Source: Motiliproteus sp. (GTDB taxonomy: Bacteria > Pseudomonadota > Gammaproteobacteria > Pseudomonadales > Balneatricaceae). From it: a stretch of 64,000 nt of DNA. Each line of letters opens with the position of its first letter. Within the stretch, counting starts at the first letter, position 1. Shown piece after piece: positions 27,977-39,066 of the stretch. A program made the translations under genes and the position numbers. The stretch spans positions 12,886 through 76,885 of the forward strand of contig JBLXCH010000004.1 in assembly GCA_048265065.1 (NCBI GenBank), written 5' to 3'. The notes under the pieces were generated by a model. The model worked only from the letters and a program-made list of their open reading frames with translations. It did no database searches and was not told the DNA's origin.

Positions 27977-28797
27977 ACGAGCTATCACCTTTAAACCAAA
28001 ACTGCGATTCACCTGAGCCAATGATTCAAGTGAATAACGTCTGGAAACAATACGGCGATAACGTAATTTTAGAGCGTATGAACCTCACGGTGAATGAGGG
28101 TGAGTTCGTCACCTTAGTGGGTACCTCCGGTTGCGGTAAAAGCACTTTTCTTAACATGCTCTTGGGCACGGTTAACCCGTCCAAAGGCGAGATCCTCTTG
28201 GACGGAAAGCCCATACCGGATGAACCAGGTCCTGACCGTGGCATCGTGTTTCAGCAGTATTCTGTGTTCCCGCACATGACCGTTCTGGAGAATGTCATGG
28301 CAACGCGGGGTTTTGAACGTAAGGGGCTCACTGGGTACCTCTTCGGCAATGCGAAAAAAACCGCACGAGAAGAAGCAACAGCAATGTTGGATCAAGTGGG
28401 GTTAAGTCATGCCTTGGATAAATTTCCTGATGAACTTTCTGGTGGTATGCGCCAACGCTTAGCGATTGCGCAGGCGCTACTGGGTAAACCGAGAATTTTA
28501 TTATTGGATGAACCATTCGGTGCGCTTGATCCGGGTATTCGTGCAGACATGCACGATCTAGTGTTGACGCTTTGGAAGGAGCACAAACTCACCGTTTTTA
28601 TGGTCACCCATGACTTAAAAGAAGGTTTCTATTTGGGCACGCGGCTTTGGGTATTCGACAAGCTACGCCATGACCCACAAGCACCACAACGTTATGGTGC
28701 TGGCATTACTTATGATCTTTCTGTTGGGCAGATGGATCAATCCATTTATCACGATATTGATGACAGGCTCAGACCCGTTCCGGAGCCGTCTGTTTAA
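27973..28797 (+). CDS. ABC transporter ATP-binding protein
   Basis: GTSGCGKST, LSGGMRQR, LLLDEPFGALD, VTHD. Confidence 0.95.
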   Translation: MNELSPLNQNCDSPEPMIQVNNVWKQYGDNVILERMNLTVNEGEFVTLVGTSGCGKSTFLNMLLGTVNPSKGEILLDGKPIPDEPGPDRGIVFQQYSVFPHMTVLENVMATRGFERKGLTGYLFGNAKKTAREEATAMLDQVGLSHALDKFPDELSGGMRQRLAIAQALLGKPRILLLDEPFGALDPGIRADMHDLVLTLWKEHKLTVFMVTHDLKEGFYLGTRLWVFDKLRHDPQAPQRYGAGITYDLSVGQMDQSIYHDIDDRLRPVPEPSV

Positions 28798-28802
28798 TTT
28801 TT

Positions 28803-29543
28803 ATGGAGTCACTTATGAGTGAGTATATCCGTTCAATCGAGTATACGACTGAGATGAAATCAGGGTCTCATTGGTCGTTTATCGCACGTCGTGGCACAGT
28901 TTTACGCCTGACTGATGTTGATGGCGGTGCCAATGTAGGGATGTTGTTTTACAACCCGGAGAATTTGTTAGAGCGCTACAACGCGCCGGATACTTTGAAG
29001 TGCCAACATACCTTCAAGCTTACTAAGGGTAACTGTTTGTATTCTGATATGGGGCGTGTGTTCGCTTCTATTGTTGAAGACAGTTTAGGTTGGCACGAGA
29101 GTGCAGCGGGTAACTCTCATGCTTCTCATGTTGAGGCCAAGTGGGGCAAGCGCGATTATCAAAAAGACAGTAATAACTGGAAGCAAAACGGTCATGATTC
29201 TTTCCTTGTTGAGCTTGCAAAGTACGGCCTTGGTGCGGCGGACTTAGCGGCTAATTTAAACCTTTTCAGTAAAGTCTGTGTCGGCGATGACGGCAGTATG
29301 TCGTTGGATTCAGGCGCTAGCAAAAAGGGTGCTCATGTCGTGCTTAGGTTTGAAATGGATACCTTGGTGTTGATGCATACCTGTCCACATCCCTTGGATC
29401 AGTCTGAGCATTATCCCGAAAAAACAATTCAGCTTGAACTTGGTGTTGCAGAAACCGTGAAAGACGATGATTACTGCAAAAATTATCGTCCAGAAAATGG
29501 CCGTGGCTTTGCCAATAACGCGCTCTACCACATTGGCTTATAG
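28803..29543 (+). CDS. cgdA: DUF1989 protein, carboxyguanidine deiminase subunit A (A/B assignment by gene order)
   Basis: [44 protein letters not shown]. Confidence 0.85.
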   Translation: MESLMSEYIRSIEYTTEMKSGSHWSFIARRGTVLRLTDVDGGANVGMLFYNPENLLERYNAPDTLKCQHTFKLTKGNCLYSDMGRVFASIVEDSLGWHESAAGNSHASHVEAKWGKRDYQKDSNNWKQNGHDSFLVELAKYGLGAADLAANLNLFSKVCVGDDGSMSLDSGASKKGAHVVLRFEMDTLVLMHTCPHPLDQSEHYPEKTIQLELGVAETVKDDDYCKNYRPENGRGFANNALYHIGL

Positions 29544-29551
29544 GAGTTTAC

Positions 29552-30196
29552 GTGATGTTAAAAGAATCTATGTTAGTTCCAGAAAACGCAGTGAGTAGCA
29601 CCGTTGTGGGTGCTGGCGATTATTATATTGGCTTGCTGAAAGCGGGCGAGACATTCCGCATTTTAGACATGGAAGGTAACCAAGCGGCAGACACACTGTT
29701 CTTTAATGCCGCCAACCCTGCTGAGCGCTATAGCGCTTCGGATACCATTCGAGAGCAGGGGAATATCTATCTCACCGCAGGATCTGAACTGCGTTCGAAC
29801 GAGAATAACGTCATGCTAGAGATTGTTGCGGATACTTGCGGCCGTCATGACACCATTGGAGGCGCGTGTGCTACTGAAAGTAATACCGTGCGTTACGATC
29901 TAGAAAAACGCTGTATGCACGCTTGTCGTGATAGTTGGATGCTTGCCATCGAGGAGCACCCAGAGTTTGGCATCAAAAAGCGTGATATTGCTCACAACAT
30001 TAACTTTTTCATGAATGTTCCAGTCACTGAAGTAGGCGGCTTGACCTTCGAGGACGGGATTTCTGCGCCAGGTAAATACGTGGAATTTAAAGCTGTAATG
30101 GGTGTGGTGGTGTTGATTTCTAACTGCCCGCAGCTGAACAATCCTTGTAATGGCTATAATCCTACGCCGATTGAATGCCTGGTGTGGGCCGCGTAA
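29552..30196 (+). CDS. cgdB: DUF1989 protein, carboxyguanidine deiminase subunit B
   Basis: [51 protein letters not shown]. Confidence 0.85.
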   Translation: MMLKESMLVPENAVSSTVVGAGDYYIGLLKAGETFRILDMEGNQAADTLFFNAANPAERYSASDTIREQGNIYLTAGSELRSNENNVMLEIVADTCGRHDTIGGACATESNTVRYDLEKRCMHACRDSWMLAIEEHPEFGIKKRDIAHNINFFMNVPVTEVGGLTFEDGISAPGKYVEFKAVMGVVVLISNCPQLNNPCNGYNPTPIECLVWAA

Positions 30197-30284
30197 TAGT
30201 CACGTTTCTATGACCTGCACTTTAAAGCAAAGCAACCTCAGTGGACGACCACTGTTGTATCCATCATTGGGACGGCCCGAATAG

Positions 30285-33200
30285 GTGAGTATGTTCTCCA
30301 AGGTATTAATTGCAAACAGGGGTGCCATAGCCACACGGATTATCCGCACGTTAAAAGCAATGAACATTACCGCGGTAGCGGTTTATGCGCAAAGTGATGC
30401 CGATAGTTTGCATGTCGCTCACGCCGATGAAGCCTTTTTGTTAGGTGAAGGCCCTGCTGCGAGCACGTATCTAAACGTGGATAAAATCATCGCTATCGCT
30501 AAACAATCGGGTGCGGGTGCTATCCATCCGGGCTATGGCTTCCTTAGTGAAAATGCGGATTTTGTTCGACGTTGTGAGGCCGAAGGGATAGCCTTTATTG
30601 GCCCTACGGCCGAGCAAATGGAGCTGTTTGGCTTAAAGCATAAAGCCCGAGAACTCGCAGCATTAGCGAACGTGCCTTTAACGCCGGGTACGGAATTGTT
30701 GTCCAGTTTGGATGAAGCGCTAAAAGAAGCTAATTCTATTGGTTATCCTGTGATGCTTAAAAGCACTGCAGGTGGTGGCGGTATTGGCATGCAATTGTGC
30801 CAAAGCCAAGCTGAATTGGAAGGTGCGTTCGATTCCGTTAAGCGCTTAGGGGCGAATAATTTTGCGGATGATAGCGTTTTTCTCGAAAAGTTCGTGGCTC
30901 GTGCTCGACATATCGAAGTACAAGTTTTTGGTGATGGTAAGGGTACTGCGATTGCCATTGGTGAGCGAGATTGCTCAAGTCAGCGGCGTAATCAAAAAGT
31001 GGTTGAGGAGTGTCCTGCACCGCATTTAACTGCTGCCGTTCGTCAACAGCTCCATCAAACCGCAGAAGCCTTACTGTCTTCGGTTAAGTATCGCAATGCC
31101 GGTACTGTTGAGTTTATCTATGATGCCGATTCAGGCGAGTTTTACTTTTTAGAGGTGAATACGCGCCTGCAAGTTGAGCACGGCGTGACAGAAGCCGTTT
31201 ATGGTGTCGACTTGGTGCAATGGATGGTTGAGCTAGCCGCTGGAAAAACCGTTGATCTTGTTGGCGAACAAAAGCAATTCTCGCCCGTTGGTCATGCGGT
31301 ACAAGTGCGTATTTATGCGGAAGATCCTTATCGTGATTTCCAGCCTAGCGCCGGGTTGCTAACGGAGGTGTTTTTCCCAACGGGTAATGATATTCGGATT
31401 GATCACTGGATTAGTTCGGGCATTGAAATTCCACCATTCTTTGATCCTATGCTTGCCAAGGTGATCGTGAAAGGTAAAGACCGCAGTGAAGCCTTTACCA
31501 AACTGCAATCGACACTTGATGACATTCGACTTTACGGTAGTGAAAGTAATCTGAGTTACCTGCAAGCGCTAACGCGTGATGCTGTGCTCTTAAGTGGGCA
31601 AGTTACCACGCGTTATTTGAATGATTTTAGTTTTACACCTTCACGGATTGATGTGATTCAAGGCGGTACTCAGACGACGATCCAAGATTATCCGGCACGA
31701 ACCGGTTACTGGGATGTGGGTGTCCCTCCATCAGGCCCGTTCGATAATTACTCGTTCCGTTTAGCGAATCGATTATTGAATAACGACGTCCATGCCGCAG
31801 GTCTAGAAATTACCATGCAAGGGCCGACATTGCGGTTCACAACGGCAACGCAAATTGTCCTTGCGGGTGCGGCAATTGAGGCGAAATTAGATGATCAGCC
31901 GGTTGATCACTGGCAGGTAATCAATGTAGCAGCAGGGCAGACATTACGTTTGGGGCGGATAACAGAGTCTGGTGTTCGTTCCTATCTTTGCGTGCTTGGA
32001 GGCATCCAATGTCCTGAGTATTTAGGTTCTCGTTCTACGTTCACCTTGGGTCAGTTTGGTGGTCATAATGGTCGTGCGCTCTGTGCTGGTGATGTACTTA
32101 AAATAAAACCTGAGTTACCAACAGTGACAGCTGCTCGCTTATCTACAGATTTGCTTCCCCGTATAGAAAATACGTGGCAACTCCGAGTGGTTTATGGTCC
32201 TCATGGTGCACCTGACTTTTTCACCGATGATGATGTCACGATGTTCTTCTCCCACGAATGGGAAGTGCATTACAACTCCAGCCGCACGGGTATACGCCTG
32301 ATTGGCCCCAAGCCTGAATGGGCGCGGGAAAACGGCGGTGAAGCGGGACTACATCCTTCTAACATACATGATAATGCCTATGCGTTTGGTACGGTGGATT
32401 TCACCGGCGATATGCCGGTTATTTTGGGGCCAGACGGACCATCGTTAGGTGGATTTGTTTGTCCTGCGACGGTGATCCATGCGGATCTATGGAAGCTTGG
32501 CCAGTTACGTGCCGGTGATAAAATACAGTTTGTTCCCGTGAGCGTTGAAGATGCAGTCTTATTAGAAAGCGCACAGCATCAACGAGTCAGTGCGCTTGAA
32601 TTTGTTACCCATGATTGCAGCCAAGCAGAACTCACCTCGCCGATTATTGAAACCCTTGATGCGGCTGAGTTTGGCGTTGATGTAGTTTATCGTGCCGCCG
32701 GCGACCACTTTCTTTTGGTGGAGTACGGCGAGCAGGTGTTGAATATCGCCTTACGTTTTCGTGCTCATGCGCTCATGCAGTGGTTGCAGCAAAACCCGAT
32801 TGTGGGTTTGCAAGAACTCACGCCAGGTATTCGTTCACTACAAGTTCATTATGATAGTCAAATGATTAGCTGTCGTGCGTTGGTCGACCGTCTGAAAATG
32901 GCCGAGCAAATTTTGTTAAGCCAGCTTCAAGATCTTCAAGTACCTTCGCGAATTGTGCATATTCCGTTGTCGTGGGATGACGAAGCTTGTCAGCTGGCGA
33001 TTGATAAATATGACCAATCCGTACGTAAAAACGCGCCTTGGTGTCCTAGCAACCTGGAATTTATTCGTCGTATTAATGGCTTGGACAGCATCGATGATGT
33101 GAAGGAGATTGTTTTCGGCGCATCATACTTGGTGATGGGGCTAGGTGATGTTTACCTCGGTGCTCCCGTGGCTACACCTGTAGATCCTCGCCACCGCTTA

Positions 33201-33887
33201 GTGACGACGAAATACAATCCTGCGCGCACATGGACGGCGGAAAACTCCGTTGGCATTGGCGGCTCTTACCTTTGTGTCTACGGCATGGAAGGGCCGGGGG
33301 GCTATCAGTTTGTCGGCCGTACATTACAAATGTGGAATCGCTATTCGCAAACGGCTGAATTCGAAAAACCGTGGCTGTTACGTTTCTTTGATCAAATTCG
33401 TTTTTATGAAGTGAGTAACGAAGAATTAACGGAAATTCGTAGCAACTTCCCTCAAGGCCGTTATCCATTAAAAATCGAAGAAAGTCACTTCTCGTTGTCA
33501 GAATACCAAAACTTCATTGAGGAGAATCTTGATGATATTAATGGCTTCCGTACAGCGCGTGAAAATGCCTTCGCTGCTGAATTAGCGGATTGGCATGCTA
33601 CGGGTCAATTTAAGTATGAAGTGGTGGAAGAAGAACAGGAGCAGTCAGAGGTTAGCTGGCCGAAAGAAAGTCAGGTGATCGATAGTCCGGTCTCTGGCAG
33701 TGTCTGGCAAACTGAGGTGACAGTAGGGCAGCAAGTTAAAGCAGGGGAGTGCTTGATGATATTAGAATCCATGAAAATGGAGGTGCCGGTCTTCGCCTTA
33801 GCCGACGGTACGGTTAGTCATGTATTGTTGACTAGTGGGCAGCGAGTCAGCGCCGGTCAAGCTTTAGTGGTGATTGAAGAGATATAG
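30285..33887 (+). CDS. uca: Urea/guanidine carboxylase (biotin carboxylase, carboxyltransferase, BCCP)
   Basis: [52 protein letters not shown] biotinyl-Lys. Confidence 0.97.
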   Translation: MSMFSKVLIANRGAIATRIIRTLKAMNITAVAVYAQSDADSLHVAHADEAFLLGEGPAASTYLNVDKIIAIAKQSGAGAIHPGYGFLSENADFVRRCEAEGIAFIGPTAEQMELFGLKHKARELAALANVPLTPGTELLSSLDEALKEANSIGYPVMLKSTAGGGGIGMQLCQSQAELEGAFDSVKRLGANNFADDSVFLEKFVARARHIEVQVFGDGKGTAIAIGERDCSSQRRNQKVVEECPAPHLTAAVRQQLHQTAEALLSSVKYRNAGTVEFIYDADSGEFYFLEVNTRLQVEHGVTEAVYGVDLVQWMVELAAGKTVDLVGEQKQFSPVGHAVQVRIYAEDPYRDFQPSAGLLTEVFFPTGNDIRIDHWISSGIEIPPFFDPMLAKVIVKGKDRSEAFTKLQSTLDDIRLYGSESNLSYLQALTRDAVLLSGQVTTRYLNDFSFTPSRIDVIQGGTQTTIQDYPARTGYWDVGVPPSGPFDNYSFRLANRLLNNDVHAAGLEITMQGPTLRFTTATQIVLAGAAIEAKLDDQPVDHWQVINVAAGQTLRLGRITESGVRSYLCVLGGIQCPEYLGSRSTFTLGQFGGHNGRALCAGDVLKIKPELPTVTAARLSTDLLPRIENTWQLRVVYGPHGAPDFFTDDDVTMFFSHEWEVHYNSSRTGIRLIGPKPEWARENGGEAGLHPSNIHDNAYAFGTVDFTGDMPVILGPDGPSLGGFVCPATVIHADLWKLGQLRAGDKIQFVPVSVEDAVLLESAQHQRVSALEFVTHDCSQAELTSPIIETLDAAEFGVDVVYRAAGDHFLLVEYGEQVLNIALRFRAHALMQWLQQNPIVGLQELTPGIRSLQVHYDSQMISCRALVDRLKMAEQILLSQLQDLQVPSRIVHIPLSWDDEACQLAIDKYDQSVRKNAPWCPSNLEFIRRINGLDSIDDVKEIVFGASYLVMGLGDVYLGAPVATPVDPRHRLVTTKYNPARTWTAENSVGIGGSYLCVYGMEGPGGYQFVGRTLQMWNRYSQTAEFEKPWLLRFFDQIRFYEVSNEELTEIRSNFPQGRYPLKIEESHFSLSEYQNFIEENLDDINGFRTARENAFAAELADWHATGQFKYEVVEEEQEQSEVSWPKESQVIDSPVSGSVWQTEVTVGQQVKAGECLMILESMKMEVPVFALADGTVSHVLLTSGQRVSAGQALVVIEEI

Positions 33888-33916
33888 TACAGGAGAAGTG
33901 TTGAGGAAGTGTTAAC

Positions 33917-33945
33917 AAAAAAGCCAGCGTAAACGCTGGCTTTTT
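33917..33945. terminator. Bidirectional intrinsic terminator (uca / HopJ-like gene)
   Basis: AAAAAAGCCAGCGT-AA-ACGCTGGCTTTTT. Confidence 0.9.
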
Positions 33946-33985
33946 ATAGAGAGGGTACCGACAGGCGCAAGCGTAATTTGAGCGC

Positions 33986-34330
33986 TTATTTTGGCGCTAG
34001 GGCAGCTCCTGAAAACTCAACTCCAGCCCAACCTTGCTGGATGAAATTACGAATATTTTGATGATCATCACCTTGAGGGTTTTGTAACACATCCACACGG
34101 TAGTAATCCCCAAAACACTGAAGAGCTTGGTCTTCAGTTAAATTATTCAATTTTGCAAATGCAAAAATTTTACATGAGCCGTTGTTCTGACCCGCTGCGT
34201 TTTGGGTATCACCATTGCTAAAAGCGGTTTCAGTAAAATCGTAATTGGCTTCAATTACGTCGATACAATCAGCAAAAGTAATAGACGTTGGATTGGTTTT
34301 TACGAGGTTAATAAAATCGCTCAGTGTCAT
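33986..34330 (-). CDS. HopJ-like family protein
   Basis: ITFADCIDVIE.NYDFT.TAF.NG, N.GSCKIFAFA, FGDYYR.DVL.NP.G.DHQNIRNF; start moved to MTLSDF. Confidence 0.88.
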   Translation of the reverse strand: MTLSDFINLVKTNPTSITFADCIDVIEANYDFTETAFSNGDTQNAAGQNNGSCKIFAFAKLNNLTEDQALQCFGDYYRVDVLQNPQGDDHQNIRNFIQQGWAGVEFSGAALAPK

Positions 34331-34434
34331 GGTGATCCTTAAAAAGATTGATAGCAATGTTGGGGGCAGTTGCTGAATAACTGTTGTCATTAGGCGGGGA
34401 AGTGTACCCTGTCGTAGTTGAAATTTTAAGGCAT

Positions 34435-34458
34435 AAAAAAGGGAGTCAGCTGACTCCC
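34435..34458 (-). terminator. Intrinsic terminator of the dienelactone hydrolase gene
   Basis: A6 then palindrome GGGAGTCAGCTGACTCCC. Confidence 0.8.
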
Positions 34459-34484
34459 GTTTGAAGGCTATAAAATGGGTGCAC

Positions 34485-35408
34485 TTAACTGAGGTGTTCT
34501 TTAAAGAAGGTGATAGTACGATCCCATGCTATGTCAGCTTGCTTCTCGTTGAAACGTGGCGTTGAGTAGTTATGGAAGCCGTGTCGAGTACCAGGATAAG
34601 TGTGCATAACAAAATGTTTGTTATGCTTTTCTAACGCGGTTTTATAGTCAGCCATTGTGGCGTTGACTCGTGGGTCTTCCTCGGCGTATTGGATCATCAT
34701 TGGCGCGGTAATTTTTTCCACACCAGCGGTGTCAGGAGCAGAACCATAATACGGAACACCTGCTTGTAAATCGCCGCCCATGGCAACAGCGAGTTTATTC
34801 ACCGTGCCCCCACCAAAACAGAAGCCTGTAGCGCCAAGCTTGCCGGTCGATAGTTTGTGCGATTTCAGGTAATAGGCGCTGTTGAGTAGATCGGTAAACA
34901 ACTTGCCTTGATCCAGTGATTTTTGCATGACCTTGCCATCATCGTCATTGCCAGGGTAACCGCCAACGGGGTAAAGACCGTCAGGTGCAAGGGCAAGAAA
35001 ACCTTCAACGGCTAAGCGGCGAGCTACATCTTCAATATAAGGGTTTAATCCGCGGTTCTCGTGGACGACTAAAACGGCAGGGAAAGGCCCATCTCCTTCA
35101 GGCTTAACCAAGTAGCCGCGCATGGTGCCTGAATTACCGCCTGGTGAGTCATATTCAACGTAGCTAGCTTTAATTCGTGGATCGGTAAATTCGACACTAT
35201 GCGCCTCGGCATAATCAGGAATTAGCGATTCAGCCATTGCAAGGCCGGAACCGCCGACCACAACCATCGCTGCTGCGCGATTTAAAAAATCGCGGCGATG
35301 CATGGCTGAGTGACAGTACTCGTCGTAGAGTTCGTAAATCTGTGGATCGATAGAGTCTTGGTCCTTAGCTGTATTGCTTGTGCTTACACTTACACTGTTC
35401 TTGCTCAT
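34485..35408 (-). CDS. Dienelactone hydrolase family protein (YghX-like) with twin-arginine-type leader
   Basis: LYDEYCH..MHRRDFL, VVHENRGLNPYIEDVARR, GFCFGG nucleophile, HGFHNYSTPR. Confidence 0.92.
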   Translation of the reverse strand: MSKNSVSVSTSNTAKDQDSIDPQIYELYDEYCHSAMHRRDFLNRAAAMVVVGGSGLAMAESLIPDYAEAHSVEFTDPRIKASYVEYDSPGGNSGTMRGYLVKPEGDGPFPAVLVVHENRGLNPYIEDVARRLAVEGFLALAPDGLYPVGGYPGNDDDGKVMQKSLDQGKLFTDLLNSAYYLKSHKLSTGKLGATGFCFGGGTVNKLAVAMGGDLQAGVPYYGSAPDTAGVEKITAPMMIQYAEEDPRVNATMADYKTALEKHNKHFVMHTYPGTRHGFHNYSTPRFNEKQADIAWDRTITFFKEHLS

Positions 35409-35524
35409 GGCTGGCCTACCTGGTTTCAGTTAATCCTTGTCAGTTTCATCGTGTTGAAACCGACGCTCGCAGATCACGCTAAATTAAATCGAATCTATTG
35501 ACTGGGCATGTTTTGCTGCCCATG

Positions 35525-36160
35525 TTAACTGACCTTTCCAAGGCGTAATTGTTCACGGATAGATAAGGTGTTTTTTTGTGAATGGTCCATGTTGGCGGCT
35601 TCTTTTTGACGATTGGACGGTGGCGTCACCATGGATTCTAGCGGCGGGTACTCTTCAAGAAGTCCATGAATAGCCCCTTTGGGTGAGAGTTGACTCGATT
35701 TGAGCTGAAAGCCGTGAGCGGTAAAACTGTAACGGTCTGCGTTGTTGAGGGTAAGGAAGGTTTCCAGCTTTGGTGGGTTTTGTGGGTCCATTTTACCGAG
35801 GGTAATGTGCGGACGAAAACGGTGGTGATCTAAGGTGACTCCCGCAATACGTTGCAGTTTTTGACGAACTTGTTGCTGCAGTCGTTCTAACGCAGGTGTA
35901 TTTTCTACACCGAGCCAAAGTGTGCCATTACGAAAACTACCGATCCCTTGGCAATGTATTTCTATGGGCTTAAAGGTAATTTCTGAGAGGGCGGCGTGAA
36001 TGTCTTCTAACTCAGAGGGGTTGGCATCGCCGATAAATGCGAGTGTTAGGTGGAATTGGTCAGAGTTACTCCAGCGCACACGAGGTATACCGAAGCAAAT
36101 GCTTGATAATCTCTCTTTCATCGGCTGGGGTAAATCAATGGCAGTGAACAGTCGCATCAT
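35525..36160 (-). CDS. thpR: RNA 2',3'-cyclic phosphodiesterase (2H family)
   Basis: MRLFTAIDLP, two HxT motifs (FHLTLAFIG, PHITLGK). Confidence 0.92.
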   Translation of the reverse strand: MMRLFTAIDLPQPMKERLSSICFGIPRVRWSNSDQFHLTLAFIGDANPSELEDIHAALSEITFKPIEIHCQGIGSFRNGTLWLGVENTPALERLQQQVRQKLQRIAGVTLDHHRFRPHITLGKMDPQNPPKLETFLTLNNADRYSFTAHGFQLKSSQLSPKGAIHGLLEEYPPLESMVTPPSNRQKEAANMDHSQKNTLSIREQLRLGKVS

Positions 36161-36199
36161 TAACTCCTGAAAGCAAAACCTTGATGCCTGTAGTATGTA

Positions 36200-36919
36200 T
36201 TAAATTTCTGCGCTTAGCTGCAATTTTGCAGAATGTTTTTTCAGCCATTGGTTGTGCGTTTTATAGTCGGGGCAAAATGTAGCGACTAGGGACCAAAATC
36301 GCGATGAATGATTGAGCTCTTTGAGGTGAGCAAGCTCGTGTATTAGCACGTAATCAATGACCGCTTCTGGGGCCATCATCAAACGGTTATTCAGTGTTAG
36401 TCGTCCAAAACGATCGCAACTTCCCCAACGGCTTTTATAGTCTCGAATTTTCAAGGAGTGTGGCTGCCATCCCGTTACCTCAGCCCATTGGGATAACCGT
36501 GGAGGTAAGTATTCTTCAGCCTGCTGCTGTAACCATGCAGCTACTAAGGGTTCGCACTGTTGCTGTATGTCTGTGCTATCACTGATCGGCAGATCAATGC
36601 ATAGCTCACCGGTATCTAGTTCAATATGAGCGCGATCGGTTTTGATAATGCTGAGTGGATAATCTTCGCCGAGGAAGGGGAATGTTTCACCGGTTTGGTA
36701 TAGGCGACGGTAACTGTTTTGGGCTTTCTCTTGGGCGCTTTCCCACGCTTGATTCATCCATTGTGCACGCTCTTTTATTAAGGTGTTAATGGCTTGTTGA
36801 GGTGTGCCTTTCGGAGCATAAACAGTGACACCCTCAGCAAAGACTTTGAAAGCGATACTGCCGCGGCGCTGAGTGTATTTGATGGTTAACGGCGCATTCA
36901 GCCCTAGAGAAGCGGTCAT
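36200..36919 (-). CDS. M48/YgjP (DUF45, SprT-like) zinc-metallopeptidase-domain protein
   Basis: KSRWGSC, LMMAPEAVIDYVLIHELAH, NHSSRFW. Confidence 0.92.
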   Translation of the reverse strand: MTASLGLNAPLTIKYTQRRGSIAFKVFAEGVTVYAPKGTPQQAINTLIKERAQWMNQAWESAQEKAQNSYRRLYQTGETFPFLGEDYPLSIIKTDRAHIELDTGELCIDLPISDSTDIQQQCEPLVAAWLQQQAEEYLPPRLSQWAEVTGWQPHSLKIRDYKSRWGSCDRFGRLTLNNRLMMAPEAVIDYVLIHELAHLKELNHSSRFWSLVATFCPDYKTHNQWLKKHSAKLQLSAEI

Positions 36920-36922
36920 TAC

Positions 36923-38239
36923 TTAAAGTGTTAACCTCAGATTTTGACTGATCTCGTCTATCAAACTGCCCGGTACGTTATGAGCCTTCGCCAGTGTTGG
37001 CCATGAGGCTACATGAGCAATGGTTTCATCAATCACCTGATTGATTTTTTTACGCTTAAAAAGAGGGCTTAGTTTCTCTAAAGAATAGAAATCGTCACGG
37101 GTGAAATTGTCTCGTTTACCGCTCAAACTCATCCAATGGCTGTTAACCCATGGGCTGCCAGGCTTGTAGCTGTAGGCAAGATCGTAAGCAGGTGACAATT
37201 CCCAGCGATTACCGCGAAGTATGAAAGCAAAGTTTTTGGCGTGGTCATCATGATTTCGAGCGATGATGTTAAATGTCATTCGGCGTAGCAGTTCTTCTGC
37301 GTCGAGGGCAGAGAGCTTAAGTTGACGTGCGGTATTAAAAAGCTCTGCATAGGAAAAACTGCCCGGCTTTTTAAAATCGACGTGAGCGATACCGGTCAGC
37401 GTTTGCAGATGGATTTTTTGATTACCCACTCGATCAAAACGCTGAGTAATAAAGTGCTGTCGCTCACCTTCTGCCAATAAGTGACAAGGCATCATGCTAA
37501 TACCGCAGGCTTTAGCCATTAGCGAGTAAACATATTCCATGGCACCAAAACCCATAGGATCACCAAATGTTTCTTGGTTTTGGTTGTGTTCACTAACGCC
37601 GTCAAATTTCATAAGGTAATGCGTGAAGTTATCGGGCACCTCTGTTTGGCCAGAACGAACTTCTGTAAAACTCTCATTAAAGGCTAAAACCGCTTTGGGT
37701 CTTGCACCCCCAGCACTCATTCCTACTGACAACAGCGCTAGCATTCCCTGTCGATCTTCCTGCCCTTTTGTATTGAGGCTAAGTGAAAACTGATGGCGTT
37801 TGTCGACAACATCTTGAGCAATATGCACTAAGGCCTCTACATCAATCGCCTGTGATGCGTTGAGATCTTTTAACCGTGTTGCAGGGCTGAATTCCAACGC
37901 GCCCATACCGCGTTTCCCTGTGTACTGTAATCGTTGCAGTGGCGTAATGTCTTTTGGGGATAGCCCTCTGCTTGCCACCCACGCGTTCAATACAGCGTTG
38001 CCAAAGTCGTCGGGCAAGGAGTCGGCAATTAAACCGGGTAAACCGCGAAATGTTTCTGGATTTAAGCTGGGAAAACTGTACACCTTTTGTGTCAGCGGCA
38101 TCGTTAAAGGGGCTAGCTCAATGCCTGTCTTGATGAACTCAGGTAAGTATTCAAAAGCGCCGATACGGGTTTGTGTATCAAAGCTCAGTGCACCCACAGC
38201 ATGATTTAAGTAATTGACACGGATGACTTCCATCACCAT
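36923..38239 (-). CDS. hipA: HipA-family Ser/Thr kinase toxin with N-terminal coupling domain
   Basis: SLPDDFGN, RGMGALEF, SAGGARPKA P-loop, LMKFDG, RFDR, NHDDHAKNF, LSPAYDL. Confidence 0.93.
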   Translation of the reverse strand: MVMEVIRVNYLNHAVGALSFDTQTRIGAFEYLPEFIKTGIELAPLTMPLTQKVYSFPSLNPETFRGLPGLIADSLPDDFGNAVLNAWVASRGLSPKDITPLQRLQYTGKRGMGALEFSPATRLKDLNASQAIDVEALVHIAQDVVDKRHQFSLSLNTKGQEDRQGMLALLSVGMSAGGARPKAVLAFNESFTEVRSGQTEVPDNFTHYLMKFDGVSEHNQNQETFGDPMGFGAMEYVYSLMAKACGISMMPCHLLAEGERQHFITQRFDRVGNQKIHLQTLTGIAHVDFKKPGSFSYAELFNTARQLKLSALDAEELLRRMTFNIIARNHDDHAKNFAFILRGNRWELSPAYDLAYSYKPGSPWVNSHWMSLSGKRDNFTRDDFYSLEKLSPLFKRKKINQVIDETIAHVASWPTLAKAHNVPGSLIDEISQNLRLTL

Positions 38240-38559
38240 TGAAGGTCATCCTCGCTGGACGTTTTACGAAGACCAGAGGCGCGCTGTCGGCGCTTGCCTT
38301 GAAGCTTTTCTAACTGTATTGGCGACAGCGGTTGTGGCGGGAGGAACATGTCTAAATGGTCTGTGAGCGCTAATGCCGATAAAATAGCCATCAAGGTTTC
38401 AAGTTGAGTTTTGCCTTTTTCTGCGTTGAGTACGGCTTTTCTCGAAACACCAGCAAGACTTGCTACCTCAGCTTGTGTAAGGTCGCTATTGAGTCGAGCT
38501 TGTTTAAGCCGCTCGCCAATGATTTCTGACAGCGCGACTGGCGATTTTTTGTTTTCCAT
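38233..38559 (-). CDS. hipB: XRE-family HTH antitoxin (HipB-like)
   Basis: IGERLKQARLN.DLTQ.EVA..AGVSR..V.N.EKG; overlaps the hipA start. Confidence 0.85.
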   Translation of the reverse strand: MENKKSPVALSEIIGERLKQARLNSDLTQAEVASLAGVSRKAVLNAEKGKTQLETLMAILSALALTDHLDMFLPPQPLSPIQLEKLQGKRRQRASGLRKTSSEDDLQW

Positions 38560-38743
38560 AAGGTTCTTTATATCGGATTTAATGGCTAAAAAATAGCATA
38601 AAATGCAAAATTTAGGATATTAATAATAAATAGCTTTCATATCGTAAAGTGCAAAAAAAGGAACTTTTTGTTGTTTTTAATGTATAAAGTCCTGATTATT
38701 GGATATTAAATTTTGTTTTTTTATGACAGGTTAGTGGTTAAGA

Positions 38744-39028
38744 ATGCTCAATTATTTACGAATATTCAGTTGGTTCTTATTTACCTTCGGCGTAGTGGGG
38801 TTTGTGACCGTGTTTTTAGGCTTTGCTCCGAAAATTGGTTCTGGTCCGGCTGCATTAGGTTTAATGGCTGTGCAAGCTATAGTCGGTGGAGGTATCGTCT
38901 ACGGATTCCGTTTATTGAAAGAAGAGCGTATTCCGAGAAAGGTCTTGCTATATGGGGGGTGGGCACTGGTGGTTGTGTTGATTATTGTCGGCCAAATATG
39001 GGTGAATAGCGCTGAGATAAATTTATAG
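38744..39028 (+). CDS. Hypothetical 3-TM membrane protein, 94 aa
   Basis: Three hydrophobic stretches; family not recognised. Confidence 0.65.
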   Translation: MLNYLRIFSWFLFTFGVVGFVTVFLGFAPKIGSGPAALGLMAVQAIVGGGIVYGFRLLKEERIPRKVLLYGGWALVVVLIIVGQIWVNSAEINL

Positions 39029-39035
39029 TTTGATC

Positions 39036-39066
39036 GATACAGGTTCGCCAAATACAGGTTCGACCA
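39036..39066. repeat. 15-bp direct duplication
   Basis: atacaggttcgccaa / atacaggttcgacca. Confidence 0.7.

Noticed and set aside
33986-34330. HopJ-like gene as a type III effector or virulence signal
   Set aside because: The family is widespread in non-pathogens and no T3SS genes are in the window
38713-39009. 98-aa alternate-frame ORF
   Set aside because: Overlaps the more protein-like 3-TM ORF at 38744-39028
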